The notes below the pieces were generated by a model, which saw only the letters and a program-made list of their open reading frames with translations, had not been told where the DNA came from and did not search any database. 64,000 bases of DNA from positions 96,658,001 through 96,722,000 of the forward strand of contig NC_043006.1 in assembly GCF_006345805.1 (NCBI RefSeq), read 5' to 3'. This stretch comes from Octopus sinensis (taxonomy: Eukaryota). The translations under genes and the position numbers were made by a program. This document shows, in pieces, positions 14,488 to 28,745 of the stretch (positions within the stretch are counted from its first letter, which is position 1; every line of letters begins with the position of its first letter).

Positions 14488-14658
14488 CATATATCCGACA
14501 GGCTTCTTTCAGTTTCCGTCTACCAAATCCACTCATAAGGCATTAGTCGGCCCGAGGCTATAGCAGAAGACACATGCCCAAGATGCCACGCAGTGGGACT
14601 GAACCCAGAACCATGTGGTTGGTTAGCAAGCTACTTACCACACAGCCACTCCTGCGCC
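14255..14658 (-). mobile_element. SINE family B, near full length
   Basis: Head, internal (CA)/(TA) tract and tail match the other family B copies. Confidence 0.9.
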
Positions 14659-15279
14659 TATTTATCATACGAAAAAATGTTTTTATTGTTCTAGATTTTA
14701 CTTACAGAAGTCTTTCGAATTGTTTGAGGATCTACTCAATTACCTGAAGGAGAATAAAGCTTGGTCTCTAGATATTTTAAACAGTTTACATATTTTTGGC
14801 AAATGGCCATTCGCAATATTAACATGCATTTCAAGATGGTTACCTCAGAAATAGCAGAATTAGTTCCTCTCCACAGTCTTTGAAGCAGTAAGTAGCGTCA
14901 GCAAACATACCATTTTACTTTAACGAAAGAAACGCATAAAAATTCCCAGATAATGAATACATAAAAAATAGACAGAACTTCAGGTTTAACCACTTATACG
15001 TACAAGTGTAAAATAAAAGACACAAAAATGTTGGAAACATTAACATGAAGGAGAATTTTGAAAAAGGCATCGGGGACACCAATATCAACAACAAAGTTTT
15101 ATTCACTTTAAGCTGAGAAAGAATTCACGTGGATGAAGGAGAACATATTCTGTGAGGAAAAACCAGCCCATGTCTGAACTTCCTTTTGCAAAGATCTGAT
15201 GTGACACTTGTGTTATGAATAAATGCAGTTTCCTTACAAAGTACGAATCAAGAAGGAAATGAGATAATTTATAAAAGCA

Positions 15280-15675
15280 CTAGCAGTATCGCCCGGCGTT
15301 GTTCGGGTTTGTAAGGGAAATAACCATATAAGCATTTTTAGAGAGTTATAGCCAAAAATAGCAAAAAAATGCATTAAAAATGGAAAAATAAAATGATGGT
15401 AAATTTTTTTTTTAATCGTTGACTCATGGTAGACATTTTTAGAGAGTTACTTCCCTTAAATAATAGCGAAAAATGCATTAAAATGGAAAAAATGATGGTA
15501 ATGTTTTTTTAAATCGTAGACTCATCGTAGACGCGCGCTAATACCCAGAAGGGCTCAATATGAATCACGACTATAAGATACCCGGTTTTGGTTAAACTGC
15601 ACCGCAAAATGTGGGAGTAGTTAGGAATCTAAATCGTGGGAGACAGATACACAACCTTACTTTTATATATAAAGA
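15280..15675 (-). mobile_element. Non-autonomous Helitron-like element
   Basis: Minus strand starts TC(tttatatataaaag) and ends in a GC hairpin plus CTAG, flanked by A and T with no TSD. Homologous ends at 43561, 53530 and 54095. Confidence 0.75.
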
Positions 15676-15959
15676 TAAAAAAAGCAGGATGCACATAGAC
15701 TTGTTTATCACTGATTCTGTCATCACAGTTCCTGGATAACACGGTATGCTCAGTTAAATAATGTTAAGCTTATCAGAGATTGATCTGTGTTAACACAGTT
15801 TGGCAATTTATCGAGTTTTCGGCATGTGCTCCACACCAACACCCTCTAGCGACTATCTATAATGCTCAGTTTCCCAGGATGCATTGATTATCGCTTCCGC
15901 TTACATGAACGCATGCGAGGCTGCGTACTTTTTATACGGGATTTCGTACTCGCATCCAA

Positions 15960-16230
15960 CGGTATGGGACCAATGAACAGAAAGTATGCAAAGGCGCCTG
16001 ATCATAACAAACGACATCGACGAGTGTATTCAATACAGAAAAAAAGGCAGAAGTGATCGCGAAAATACGCGATGATTGAATCTTCGCAGGTGTGGGCAGC
16101 AAGTTCGATGTGAGTAAATCTACCATTCGCTCCACTCACAATGTGTGCGAAGATGATTAATTTTTAGTGATTCATTTATTACTGATTATTTTTTAACTAT
16201 ATCCCCGTAATAAACGAGGACGTGTGTATT
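15960..16230 (+). mobile_element. pogo/Tigger-like DNA transposon remnant (CENP-B-type N-terminal HTH)
   Basis: Frameshift-joined KRHRRVYSIQKK-AEVIAKIRDD*IFAGVGSKFDVSKSTIRS resembles the pogo HTH. A possible right TIR aaacgaggacgtgtg-TA lies at ~16213-16229. Confidence 0.55.
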
Positions 16231-16712
16231 AGTAAAATTCCGTGTAGACTTTACATGGTGTTATGATAAGGGACCATTGAGCTTCGGTCCTCACTTGCAC
16301 ACGATGACACAAATACTCGAAGTGGAACATTCAGGAATGATTATCTATGAACAATATAGGATGGATGTAAAGCAGTTGCTTATCAGAAACGTTGGGTACT
16401 CCGATGAATGCAAGCGAACATTTTAATATTTATACAGCTATCTTGTTTTTGTAATTGTTTTATGTTTTACCATACCTTTTCACTCAACCCGTGTGAATAT
16501 TCGGGTTTTCATAATTTTTAACTCGTCCCATTCTTCACATTCACACGTAAACACAGACCCACAGACACAAGCACACGTACACACACACACACACTCATCT
16601 TGCATAATGTCCTTCACACCACTTAACTTTATATAATTTGTTCCTTCCACCCTGTACCCGTTTAGTGATTCTATTTTCCGGTATCTCTTGAGTTCCACTA
16701 GCTAATAAAGAA

Positions 16713-16811
<99 letters not shown>

Positions 16812-16842
16812 ATTATTGTTGTTGTTGTTATTATTATTATGT

Positions 16843-16873
<31 letters not shown>

Positions 16874-16960
16874 ATTGTTATTGTTGTTGTTGTTATTATT
16901 ATTATTATTATTATTGTTGTTATTATTGTTGTTATTATTATTATATTATTATTATTATTA

Positions 16961-17064
<104 letters not shown>

Positions 17065-17641
17065 ATTACTATTATTATTATCATTGTTTATTGTCGTTCT
17101 TGTTCTGCCCTAGTAGATATCTAGATATGGAGACATGTTAAGCACCGACATAAAAAAACAAGTTGTGCGAGCGTGTATGTGTGTGTGTGTGTCTATATGT
17201 GTGTGTATGTATATGTTTGTATGTATGTATGTATGAATGCATTTTTACTCAAGTGTGTAGTTATGTTGGACATATCGTAAACAAACATTTGTTGTATTTT
17301 GTTGTTGATATTGCTGATGGTGTCGAGTTATTTTTCGCTACTACTACTGATGTGGTGGCTGCTCTTAATGTTTATATCTTTGTCGCTCTTGTGATCGTTG
17401 TTGCTGTTGTTACTGCAGTTCTTACTAGATATCAAAATGACGGGCTAAAATATAGCAAATATACATGCTTGTTTCCTCTTCTGCACAATGTTTAAACACA
17501 CATAAAAAAAACTATAAAACTATATTAAGCAATAATAAATGGCAATTTCCTTGAAATTTTATCCCTTCCTTTCTTTATTCTTCATCAACAGTTCCATTTC
17601 CCATCTGCCTTCACTTCCTGAAAATCTTTATTATTATTATT

Positions 17642-18137
17642 GAGTGAGAGAGCAGTTCATGCCATCAAAGTGACACTGGGGTAAAATATACGAAGCCCAA
17701 TATACCCATCATGACTACCCGTCTGATAAGGGTACACCAGGCACATGCATCACAACCATATGTGCGCGACATAGTGATCACATATCAAGATAAACAGCAG
17801 ATAACCTTGCAGGTGGGGCCCAGTTAGAATTTTCTTCAGGTTGCGTAGCCCATCCCGCTCAAAAGGTCCCTGAATAAGGGTTGTTTAAGGATGTTGAAAG
17901 AACCACCCACGTTTCCAGAGGTGAATTATTCAAACCCCAAAGAATTCCTCTCAACACATGGCTGTGATGCTCCCCCACTACTTCTGCTCGTGATCAGAGA
18001 TGCACATATCGTCAGCCACTAAAGGACATGCTCAACTGGTTAAGGTCAAACAACTGACAAGTAAATCTGTGGTATTGAGCAGAATATTTGCTGTAGCCCA
18101 TCTTTTATACCAAGACAAAACAATGTACATGATAACA
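17642..18137. mobile_element. Unclassified ~500-bp interspersed repeat (family C) embedded in (TTA)n
   Basis: The first ~145 bp are nearly identical to 24275-24420; both copies are flanked by (TTA)n. Confidence 0.75.
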
Positions 18138-18149
18138 TTATTATTATTA

Positions 18150-18244
<95 letters not shown>

Positions 18245-20179
18245 TATTATTAAAGGCGGTGAACTGGCAGAATCGTTAGGACGCCGGGTGAAAGGCTTAG
18301 CGGTATTTCTCCCGTTGCTACGTTTTAAGTTCGAATTCCGCCGAGGTCGACTTTGCCTATCATCCTTCGGGGTCGGTAAATTACGTGAATTGTTTTTGAG
18401 TATACATTGTCTGGGAGATTCTTCACCCGGCATTTGATTTAAAATATTGAAATCTTTGTGCTGATGAAGAGAATGACAGAATGGAGATGTAATTCTTGCA
18501 TCTTTATATCTATCTAACGCAGAAACGCGTCCACAAGTAATCAAATGCCGGGTGAATTTTCGTTATTTTTCCCTCTACACCAGTGTGAATTATTTTTGAG
18601 TATACATTGTTTGGGAGATTCTTCTTATAGTAGAAGAAATAGCTAAGTACTTTGGCTGCTATTTCTAAAAGTTCGGTATGTGGCAAAGCAAAATTTTGCT
18701 GAGCCCTAATTATAATCATACTCATAATTATATAAAGTATATATATGTATATATATGTGTGTATGTGTGTGTGTGTGTGTACCTATTTGTGTGTGTGTTT
18801 GACGACCATTATCAATTGACAACCAGTGTTGTTGTGTTTACTTAGCCATAACTTAGCGGTTCGGCAAAAGGGGCCGATAGAATAAGAACTAGGCTTATAC
18901 ATTAAGTCCTGGGGCCGATTTGTTCGACTGAAATCCTTCAAGGTGGTACTCTAGCATGGCCGCAGTCAACTGACTGAATCTAGTAAAAGAACAAAAGAAT
19001 ATACAGATGAGGAGCTCATATTTTTATATTTTAACCGTCAGTTGTTTCAGTCGTTAGACTGCGGCCATGCTGGGGCAACGCCTTGAAGGATTTCAGTGAA
19101 ACGAATCGACCCCAGTAATTATTTTTGTTTTGAACCTCACCCTTACTCTAGTAGTCTCTCGTGCCGAACCACTAGGTTGAGGGGACGTAAACACACCAAA
19201 ACCGGTTGTCAAACGGTGGTGGGAAACAAACACAGACACGGAGATGGACACACACGCGCGCAAGCACGCACACACACACACACACACACACAAATACACA
19301 GACAGACACACACACGCACACTATTATTCACGGACCCCTATTGCTCTTTTTTTTTATCTCATTACATCTTCATTTCTGTTTATAGAAAGAAAGTTACTCT
19401 GACTCTTAATCATTAATTACTTATCCTCTTGATGGCGCCTCGGACTTATAATTCGTTACTTTGTACTGTTAATTCAACGAATACGGCGTCTTAGAATTTG
19501 TTTTTGACATATTAGAATAAAGAAAATCTCAATTCACTTATGTGTCCCTTTTTGTTGTAAGGTTTTCTGAGGGAGAATAGATTTTTGTATACCAGAATAC
19601 GAAGAAAGCATTTAGTGATATCTGAAAGTTGCCTCAATCGACCAAAAATGGTTCATCGTAAACAAAGAATTGATATTGATATGAATATTCGGTGATTGTT
19701 GATCGTCGACAACTATAAAAGTGTATTGATATCGAATCTGATTAAGGATAACAACAGATTTGATAAAGATCTCACTTAACCACAAACTGATTATCTCCAG
19801 GTTATGCAGCGTTAAACAATTTAAAAGTGTTTTTCCTTCGTTTGAGAAATTTTAAATTTCAAGAGTGACTCACTAATGAAGTGACTCACTAATGAAGCAC
19901 TGTTCTCACAACTGTAACAGCACCGCAATCACACACTTTATCAACCGCAACAAAGAGAAAGACATCTGACTGATCGGAAAGCATTCTCTAATCAATACAC
20001 TTCAACAAGATCCCAAAGCCGTGCTGTGTCCTCGCTCTGTTTTTATACCGACACTAGAACATCTGGTTGCGTACCACTTCCACACACAACTACTGGACAT
20101 TCCCTTTTCTCCTCTCCACCTCTGTACCTACCACTGTACCTAATCTCTTCTTCCAATAGCATCAGCCCTCTGGAATTCG

Positions 20180-20960
20180 GAAGTATCTCCAACAGTAATC
20201 GACGTCTAACTGTTCAACTGAATATTAGGCGCATCAATGTCTCAAATCTGAGAGAGACTGCAAGATCATTGGAACAATTGCTTCCTGGCTGAAACCATTA
20301 TAATCACACATTACGATGACTGTTGAAAACAAAATTGCACACACAGCCCACCTGACACTTCTGTACAGTTGTTACCGATATGATTGGTATCCAGATGGAA
20401 ATACATCAGATTAATTTGTCTGAAGGAAAAACATGCCGGGAAGGGTTCTCGATGGCATTCTTGTGAGGTACAGGATTGAGGAAAACATTTTTCGTACGGG
20501 ATATTGAGAGTGAGACACAATACTAAAGGTGACAGAAAAAAATATTGGCACTTATAGTGTAATTGTGCATGAAGAGCTATTTAGTTGAGAGGAAGAGGAA
20601 CTGTGATAGTGGTGGAAGGAATAACAGATGCAGGGTATATATTGCGTTGACGAGATGGAAATTGTGAGATGTTGGGGGCTAGAAGGAGGTAAGTTACTTA
20701 TAGGATAAATGCGTATGAATGATGCACAGCTGTGTATCAGTGGGGCACAATCTTTATTGAGATGATAGTTGTGCTGGGATAGTGTACAGCTGGCTAGTTC
20801 AGGGAAGCAGGAACAGTTGTAATAAGGTGGAAGAGAGTGACAGAGGATACATCGCATTCGAGATATGGGATATTGTAGTTGTAACGTATTTAGGAGGAAA
20901 TGAGGTGAGTTACTTCCTAGGGTGGCTACATTGGTTGCTGATACGAATATGTGTACAACA
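20180..20960. mobile_element. Highly degenerate LINE apurinic-endonuclease remnants
   Basis: Minus-strand LTSFPPKYVTTTISHI and LNKDCAPLIHSCASFIRIYP...QHLTISI...NIYP, and plus-strand RLTVQLNI, weakly resemble APE motifs. Judged by eye only. Confidence 0.3.
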
Positions 20961-23127
20961 ATTGTGCCATTTTATGTATAAAACGTTTAATATTAATAAC
21001 ATTCTCAGAAATCTAGCATCTTAACCTCAGTACTAAAGGAATTAAGTTTAAGTTCTCTAAAATACAAAATAATGTTGTGGATCGGGTTTGAGAGCCACCC
21101 CAACCGCTGAGATAAATGCCACTGCATAATGCCAAAGGTTCCTCCCTCTCCATTTAGAGTAAAGATCCAATGCTCTAAGCCTCAAAGAACCACAGCTTTT
21201 TAAAGTCTTTTTTTAAATCTGGGAAATGTACGAAGTGTAGGTGTAGCTCTGTTAAGAAGCAGTTTGACAAAATTCGATCTGTTATAGTAGTTGACACCAC
21301 ATCACACAAGAAACGTAAATAAATATCGCATTGTTCAAGTCTGATTCAGCCAAATCAATCAGTGTGCAATCCAGTTGAAGTGAATTGAAATAAATCATCA
21401 ATCATACCAAAAGTGGTATCCAAGCATGGCCACAGCCATCATCGGAAACAAGATAAAAAATTATGTCACCTAACTTCTTAAACATTTGAAAATTCTGCCT
21501 CTATAAAGGATAAGTGTCATAAAGATATATACAAGAATTCATCAAGTTTTTGCATATATCTGGCTTTTGTTGAAGAAGGCAAAAATATTTCTAACTTTAC
21601 TATAAAATTCTTTTAGTATTAAACATTGCAAAATCAATTTGAAATAGAAAAGAGTAATTGACCAAATGATAAGATTATAAGCACACCACCGATTGAGCTA
21701 CAGAGGATCTATAGTATAATAAACGCTCATTGTGAATTGTTTTGTTGATCCTGAGTTAGTGCATATTATTCTAATATAATGTTTGTTACGTTGAACATCT
21801 AAGCACTTCTGGATTAAGATTTTGAAATCTTAGCTGGCCTTGCGTATCACATATGATACACAGGACATTTTACTCGACATTCCAGCTTCATATATGATAA
21901 AGATTCCCGATTAAGCCACAATAGTATCTTGGGACTTTAAAAAATGTTTTATATAACTGATAATGGACTAATAAAATGTCCGAGATGAAAGCGTGGACGT
22001 GTAGAAAAAAAACCTATGAAAATACTTTGAACAGGCATAGGATTAAATGGGGTCATACAGGATTAAAGACCTGCTCTGAGGATGAATAATTTCCATCTTG
22101 TTCAACATTTTGCTTTTCAAATCGGCTTCTAACACAAAAGGAAAAATTCTTCATTGAAAAGAATAATATTGAATTTTAAATTTGGCATTTTATTTTCAGA
22201 TTGAGTCATCTTAATGAAGGTCGTCCTTACAGCGTGAAGTCGATGAACCAGCGTTAACAATTCTTTGACACAGAGCTCATCTCAGTAGGTTGCGTGCATG
22301 TTGCTGGTCATCCACTGTCTTACGTTGTTAGTGCCCTATATGTGCGGTTTCCTCTGCTGGAATAGTACCACACGTGATGGTTCACTCCAGACTATCAAAT
22401 GACTGGAAGCAAGTACGGGCCAAAGTATAATAGTTTCCTCTTCTGCACAATGTTTAAACACATCAAAAAACTATATTAAGCAATAATAGATGGCAATTTC
22501 CTTGAAATTTTATCCCTTCCATTTCTTTATTCTTCATATGCTGAAAAACCAGCACACTTCCATTTCCTATTTGCTCTCACTTCCTGAATTTTTTATTATT
22601 ATTTATTATGTTTTTTCTCTGTAAACTGCTAAACTTTTGAACCTGCATCCAAATCTGATAAAGATTTTGTATCATTTAAGCTAAAAATGAAACAGTTTCT
22701 ATCTTAATCTTTTAATCGCCCTTCGCTTCTCATCCTTTCTAACCTAAAGCACATCTGTGGCCTTTACAGTCTTTATCTTTCAATGAAATTTGCTACTGAG
22801 AAAAATTTTAAGCACACACGTACACACACACACACACACCCACTCACACACACACACACACACACATACACAAATACATACACCCACACATATATACACG
22901 CACATCATACATATATAAATATACCTACAATGGTGAGTGGGGTGTGCTCTTTCACGCTCATTTTAAATGACTTAAATATCTGACTAGGAAATTTTTTGAA
23001 AACGTAGCATTTAATAATTTAATATTCTGGATCGAATCTCACGCGACATAGGGGGTGAATCTCACGCGACATATTGACCAAAACCACCACCACAGCCACC
23101 ACCACCACCACCACCACCACCACCACC

Positions 23128-23170
<43 letters not shown>

Positions 23171-23194
23171 ATAATAATAATAATAATAATAATA

Positions 23195-23271
<77 letters not shown>

Positions 23272-23272
<1 letters not shown>

Positions 23273-23985
23273 TTCCTTTTATCTCAGGTTTTGTTGTACC
23301 TCATAGAGTTCTGCAGCGTACGGTACCATGCAATCTGCTTTTTCAACTATCTAATAATTTCCTGATTATTCTGGCCGTGTCAAGAAGGTAAAACTTTTGT
23401 AACAGTTCTACTGGGCACTATATTCAAATTTCCTTTATATTCCCTTTCAGGCCTTCCGGTACTGTGCCCAAGGACCCAGTGATAATTGGCACTATCTTCA
23501 CCTCCTTCATTTTCCGTAGCCGGGCTCTTTCGTACTTAAAAGCATTGTATGTATCTACCTATCTTTTCGCTTCCCTTCTCGATTATTCATGGGTCAAAGG
23601 CGCATGCATCATCAACTATATAGCATCAGTGGTGCACCTTGCCCATCACCACTAGATACGGTCAGTAATGCAGTGGTACCTGATCTGTTTGGATTGGGAA
23701 ACGCCTGAGGATTTTGCTCGTCTCCGACTCCGTCACTCTCTGCGGTTTGTCCTCATATCTCTTGCCTCTCTCAAGGCTCCGCTTTTCGCACAGTTTCCAA
23801 TGTACCACTTTCACTGCTTGTTCGTGTCGCAACAATTTGTGTGGTCTTGGGCAAGACTGGGGCATTGGTTCGTGCAATGGGCAATGGTTTCATCCACTCT
23901 GTTGCAGATGCGGCACAGTGGAGACACTTGCTCATTCCTAAGGTTGACCCCACCGCTTAGTTCGTGTCCAAAGATCGGTGTAGCG
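23272..23985 (-). mobile_element. R4/Dong-clade 3' fragment flanked on both sides by (TAA)n
   Basis: Peptides VVHWKLCEKRSLERGKRYEDKP...KILRRFPIQTDQ, VKIVPIITGSLGTVP and LLDTARIIRKLL. Confidence 0.85.
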
Positions 23986-24099
23986 ATTATTATTATTATT
24001 ATTATTATTATTATTTTATTATTATTATTATATTATTATTATTATATTATTATATTATTATTATATTATTATATTATTATTATTATTATTATATTATTA

Positions 24100-24131
<32 letters not shown>

Positions 24132-24166
24132 CATCATTATTATTATTATCATTATTATTATTATTA

Positions 24167-24208
<42 letters not shown>

Positions 24209-24274
24209 TATTATTATATATTATTATTATTATTATTATAATTATTATTATTATATTATATTATTATTATTATT

Positions 24275-24420
24275 GAGTGAGAGAGCAGTGCATGCCATCA
24301 AAGTGACACTGGGGTAAAATATACGAAGCCCAGTATACCCATCGTGGCTACCCGTCTGATAAGGGTACACCAGGCACATGCATCACAACCATATGTGAGC
24401 GACATGGTGATCTCATATCA
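24275..24420. mobile_element. Family C repeat, truncated copy
   Basis: Matches 17642-17790. Confidence 0.75.
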
Positions 24421-24421
24421 A

Positions 24422-24460
<39 letters not shown>

Positions 24461-24561
24461 TATTATTATTATCATCATCATCATCATCATCATCACCACT
24501 AGTGTTGTTGATGCTGTTGCTATTATTGTTAATGCTATTATTGCTGTTATTATTATTGTTC

Positions 24562-24617
<56 letters not shown>

Positions 24618-25017
24618 TGTTGTAGTAGTAGCAGTTTACAGAACAAGACGAAAGGAAAATGAATGAAAGCAAGCAGTAAACCTTGGCAAAGCTCGACAAA
24701 AGGTGAGTATTGCATGAGGTGAAGTTGATTATGACAAGAACGGGATTAATAAGGTAATTAGTAATACGCTGCGCTTTGCTGTTTCTTGTTGACCATTCAC
24801 AGCAAATTTCGTAGTAATGGGGAATTAATTTAGTCAGCTGACCACATTTTAATTCAATTATTTATCTCTCCATCTTGCTAGCAGTCAATTGATTTGCCAT
24901 TAGATACGCTTCCATCTAGAGAGCTTCCATCTGATAGGTTCGCATTAGCAAACACCTGAACAGGCAGCCATATTCTAATAAACAAAACGACACTCACACA
25001 CAGCGCATGCATCCGTG

Positions 25018-25122
<105 letters not shown>

Positions 25123-25352
25123 GCACATACAAACATATATATGTTTGCGCACTCATATACACATATGCATTTAGGGAAAGGTCTGTGAGAGTTATTGTAT
25201 GCATGGCTGGTTGGGGCCAGGCGTTTTGCATTTTGTGTATATGTATACACATATACAAACATGTGTGCATGAAGTCCAAACATTTATTCAAATTTTATAC
25301 CACACAGAGAACGTTCACGTTCACACATGGACGGATAAATTACCCTACCTAC

Positions 25353-25423
<71 letters not shown>

Positions 25424-25428
25424 CCTAC

Positions 25429-25460
<32 letters not shown>

Positions 25461-25461
25461 A

Positions 25462-25499
<38 letters not shown>

Positions 25500-25770
25500 A
25501 ATCATACACATTATACATATGTGTGTATATTTGTGTCTGCATGTATGCATGCTTGTACGTAAGTATGCGTGTATACATGCATATTTGTATTTATATACAG
25601 GAATATATATCTTTTGCGTGAGAGTTTTTTTTCTTGCGGTATGCGTGTACTGTGTATGCAAATGCACATTTGATCATGTGCGCCTGTATACATATATGCA
25701 TAAAGTCATATATACACATGTATATGTGTGTGTATGTGTGTATAAGCATATACATATATATGTATGTGTA

Positions 25771-25815
<45 letters not shown>

Positions 25816-25824
25816 TATATATAG

Positions 25825-25856
<32 letters not shown>

Positions 25857-25918
25857 TGAAACAAACAGACAGACAGACAGAGGCAGACAGATAGACAGAT
25901 AGATAGACAGACAGACAG

Positions 25919-26027
<109 letters not shown>

Positions 26028-27891
26028 AAAGTGTACGAGCACCAATATAACTCAAATCATACACTGAACGCAGATGTCATTATGGGTCACCGTTTATAAA
26101 TGATATATTCTTAATGGTGTTCCAATACATATGTATTAGTTTATATGTTGTCGTGTGCTGAGGCCCTTAAATAGCTATTGTGTATATCTAAAGATCGCAG
26201 AGGCGTAAAACATGAATCGCGAAATGATCATTCGGTTTACATGTATATATTTACAGATACACACACGCGCACGTGCACACACTCACACTCACACGCACAC
26301 TCTCACAAACACATACATGCATCTATATACACACACAGACACATGTACATACTCACACATATAAACATATACACACTTACACACGCACACACACATATGT
26401 ATGTATACGCAAACAAACAGATACATATATTATAGGATTTCCTTGCATTGAGGTACAGGAAATTTCCATTGCGGATGACCGTCTAATGATGCAAGAAGGG
26501 GTTAATTCTGCGATAGGGTTTCTATAATACAGAAAACTCAATAGAAGTCTGCAGCATATTTGTAGAAATATTGAAGTACGGATAAATCTAAACAAAGCAA
26601 CGACACATTTCATCAATAGGCTGGTAGAAAGTTAGGAAGTATTTCTTAGATTACTCACCTATGTTGGTAGAATCTCCATCAGCTTTGGATTAAAAGCCAC
26701 TTCAGAAAACTTTAAAGTTATAACAAATATCCACAGCACCATTTCTACAGACATCTCTTTACGAGTACAGAAATTAAATGTTGATGCACAGTGATATCGA
26801 ACTCGGAATCTACGAGACAGAAGAACCAACTACCTTAAAACACATCTTTGATATTGTTTAAAGAATGACGAATCTTGGTATAAGTGTTTTGTACGCATGG
26901 TTTCCAGTATTTCTTTCCGACTATTCTTTCTTTTGGATGTAACATCTTCCTTCTCGTTGTCATCATCAAAACCAACACAAATAACATCTTTATCTATACC
27001 TCTGCTGCCATCGCCATCATTGTTCCTCTTCCACTATCTAATCTGCTTTCTCTCCTTTGTCCTCGCCGCCTCCTCGCTGTCATCACCACCTGTCATCGTT
27101 GACCTCATTTTCTTGGCCATTTCTCTATTATATTCATTTTGTAAATACTATGTTTTCTTATCAAATCGTTATTGCCTAACAAAATGTGATTTTATTTTTC
27201 ATTGCTTACACATTTAAATAAAGTTATAACCGTGGCTATGTCCTTAAGACGTTCGCATCGAATCCACGCGGTCACAGGTTCTGTCACATTTCATGGATTA
27301 TTCCTGAAAATGTCTTCTAGTATAACTTGAGGCCAATCTACACCTTGTGAGCGAAGTCGGTAGACAAAGATTCTGCAGAATACCATCGCATGTTCACGTG
27401 TTTGAATAGCCTCACAATCGGTGTTACTTTGTGTAATTCCCTAAAAGGTAGCGGTTCGGTATAAATGAGACCGATAAAAATAAAGAATAAAACATTAAAA
27501 CTGAGAACTGATGTCGATTTGTAACTTCAGAAAGCTGTAGCACTACAGAACCGCAGACTAATGCTTCAAACCAGTTAAGTAAAATTATAGACAATTCTAT
27601 TAGGAATTCCTTTCTGAAAAGTATTAGTAATTTAAGTAGCAAGTTTGTGTCTAAGTTACTTAATAAACCCCAAAACTAAAAACAAAGCGCAGAAGTTTCT
27701 GTAACTAAAGGTGAGAACCGCTCAACTAGTTTCCCCTCTATTAGTGACACGTTATCTAGACGTTATCTCACTTTATATATTGCAGTGAAACTAAATATAT
27801 ATTTATTAAGTATATTCTCTACAATTTTGTAGACATACTCGCGTGTGTGTTTGCACCTCTTTGTGGAGAACAAAACGGAATGTGAGTTCTA

Positions 27892-28127
27892 AGGCGGTGA
27901 GCTGGCAGAAACGTTAGCACGCCAGGCGAAAATGCGTAGCCGTATTTCGTCTGCCGCTACGTTCTGAGTTCAAATTCCGCCGAGGTCGACTTTGCCTTTC
28001 ATCCTTTCGGGGTCGATAAATTAAGTACCAGTTACGCACTGGGGTCGATATAATTGACTTATTCCGTTTGTCTGTCCTTGTTTGTCCTCTCTGTGTTTAG
28101 CCCCTTGTGGGCAATAAAGAAATAGGT
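27892..28127 (+). mobile_element. SINE family A monomer with 12-bp TSD
   Basis: atgtgagttcta at 27880-27891 and 28128-28139 brackets head-body-tail1. Confidence 0.9.
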
Positions 28128-28438
28128 ATGTGAGTTCTACGAGCAAGAATATAAGGGTGTAGAGCAGAGATGTGATAGATAGATATATAAGAATAACATT
28201 TATAGTAGATTTAGTAAGTAAACATTCGTTTTCACCTGACAAGCAAAACTTGAAGACTCAGTCGAAACGGATGTAACAATAAATTTGATTCGGCTTTCAC
28301 TATTGAGTCTCCTCATAAGTAAATGCTCTATTGATATTCTTAAACTTACTTGAAAATGATTATCTTAAAGTTAACATTACTGAGCCTATATAAAGAGATA
28401 TAGGCTCAGTAATGTTAACTTTAAGATAAAAGAGATAT

Positions 28439-28745
28439 GTGGAGGCGCAATGGCCTAGTGGTTAGGGCAGCGGACTCGCGGTCGGAGGATCGCGGTTTCG
28501 ATTCCCAGACCAGGCGTTGTGAGTGTTTATTGAGCGAAAACGCCTAAAGCTCCACGAGGCTCCGGCAGGGGGTGGTGATCTCTGCTGTACTCTTTCACCA
28601 CTCTTTCTCCCACTCTTTCTTCTGTTGGCCTGCTCGCTTAGCCAGCGGGGTTGCGTCATTCGAAGGCTAAAAAAAACAATGCAAACGCATTGTGACCAGC
28701 GATGTGTAACAACATCTGATGGTCTGGTCGGTCACGTGATCACGT
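28439..28745 (+). mobile_element. tRNA-derived SINE (OR-like head), tail type 1, with 14-bp TSD
   Basis: Head tggcctagtggttagggcagcggactcg...ggtttcgattccc; TSD gataaaagagatat at 28425-28438 and 28746-28759. Assignment to published octopus OR SINEs is from memory. Confidence 0.85.

Noticed and set aside
19864-19895. 16-bp tandem duplication containing two TGACTCA (AP-1) sites
   Set aside because: A short slippage duplication with no promoter or gene context to support function.
23668-24276. 202-aa plus-strand ORF with a hydrophobic tail
   Set aside because: Antisense of the R4/Dong fragment running into a (TTA)n tract.
26659-26744. Perfect minus-strand donor TAG|gtgagt with an 86-bp upstream segment
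   Set aside because: All three frames contain stops; at most a non-coding exon, with no other support.
28439-28510. tRNA-like sequence (also 35841-35910 and the family A/B heads)
   Set aside because: No proper acceptor stem or Pol III terminator; each continues into a SINE body and, where checked, has TSDs.
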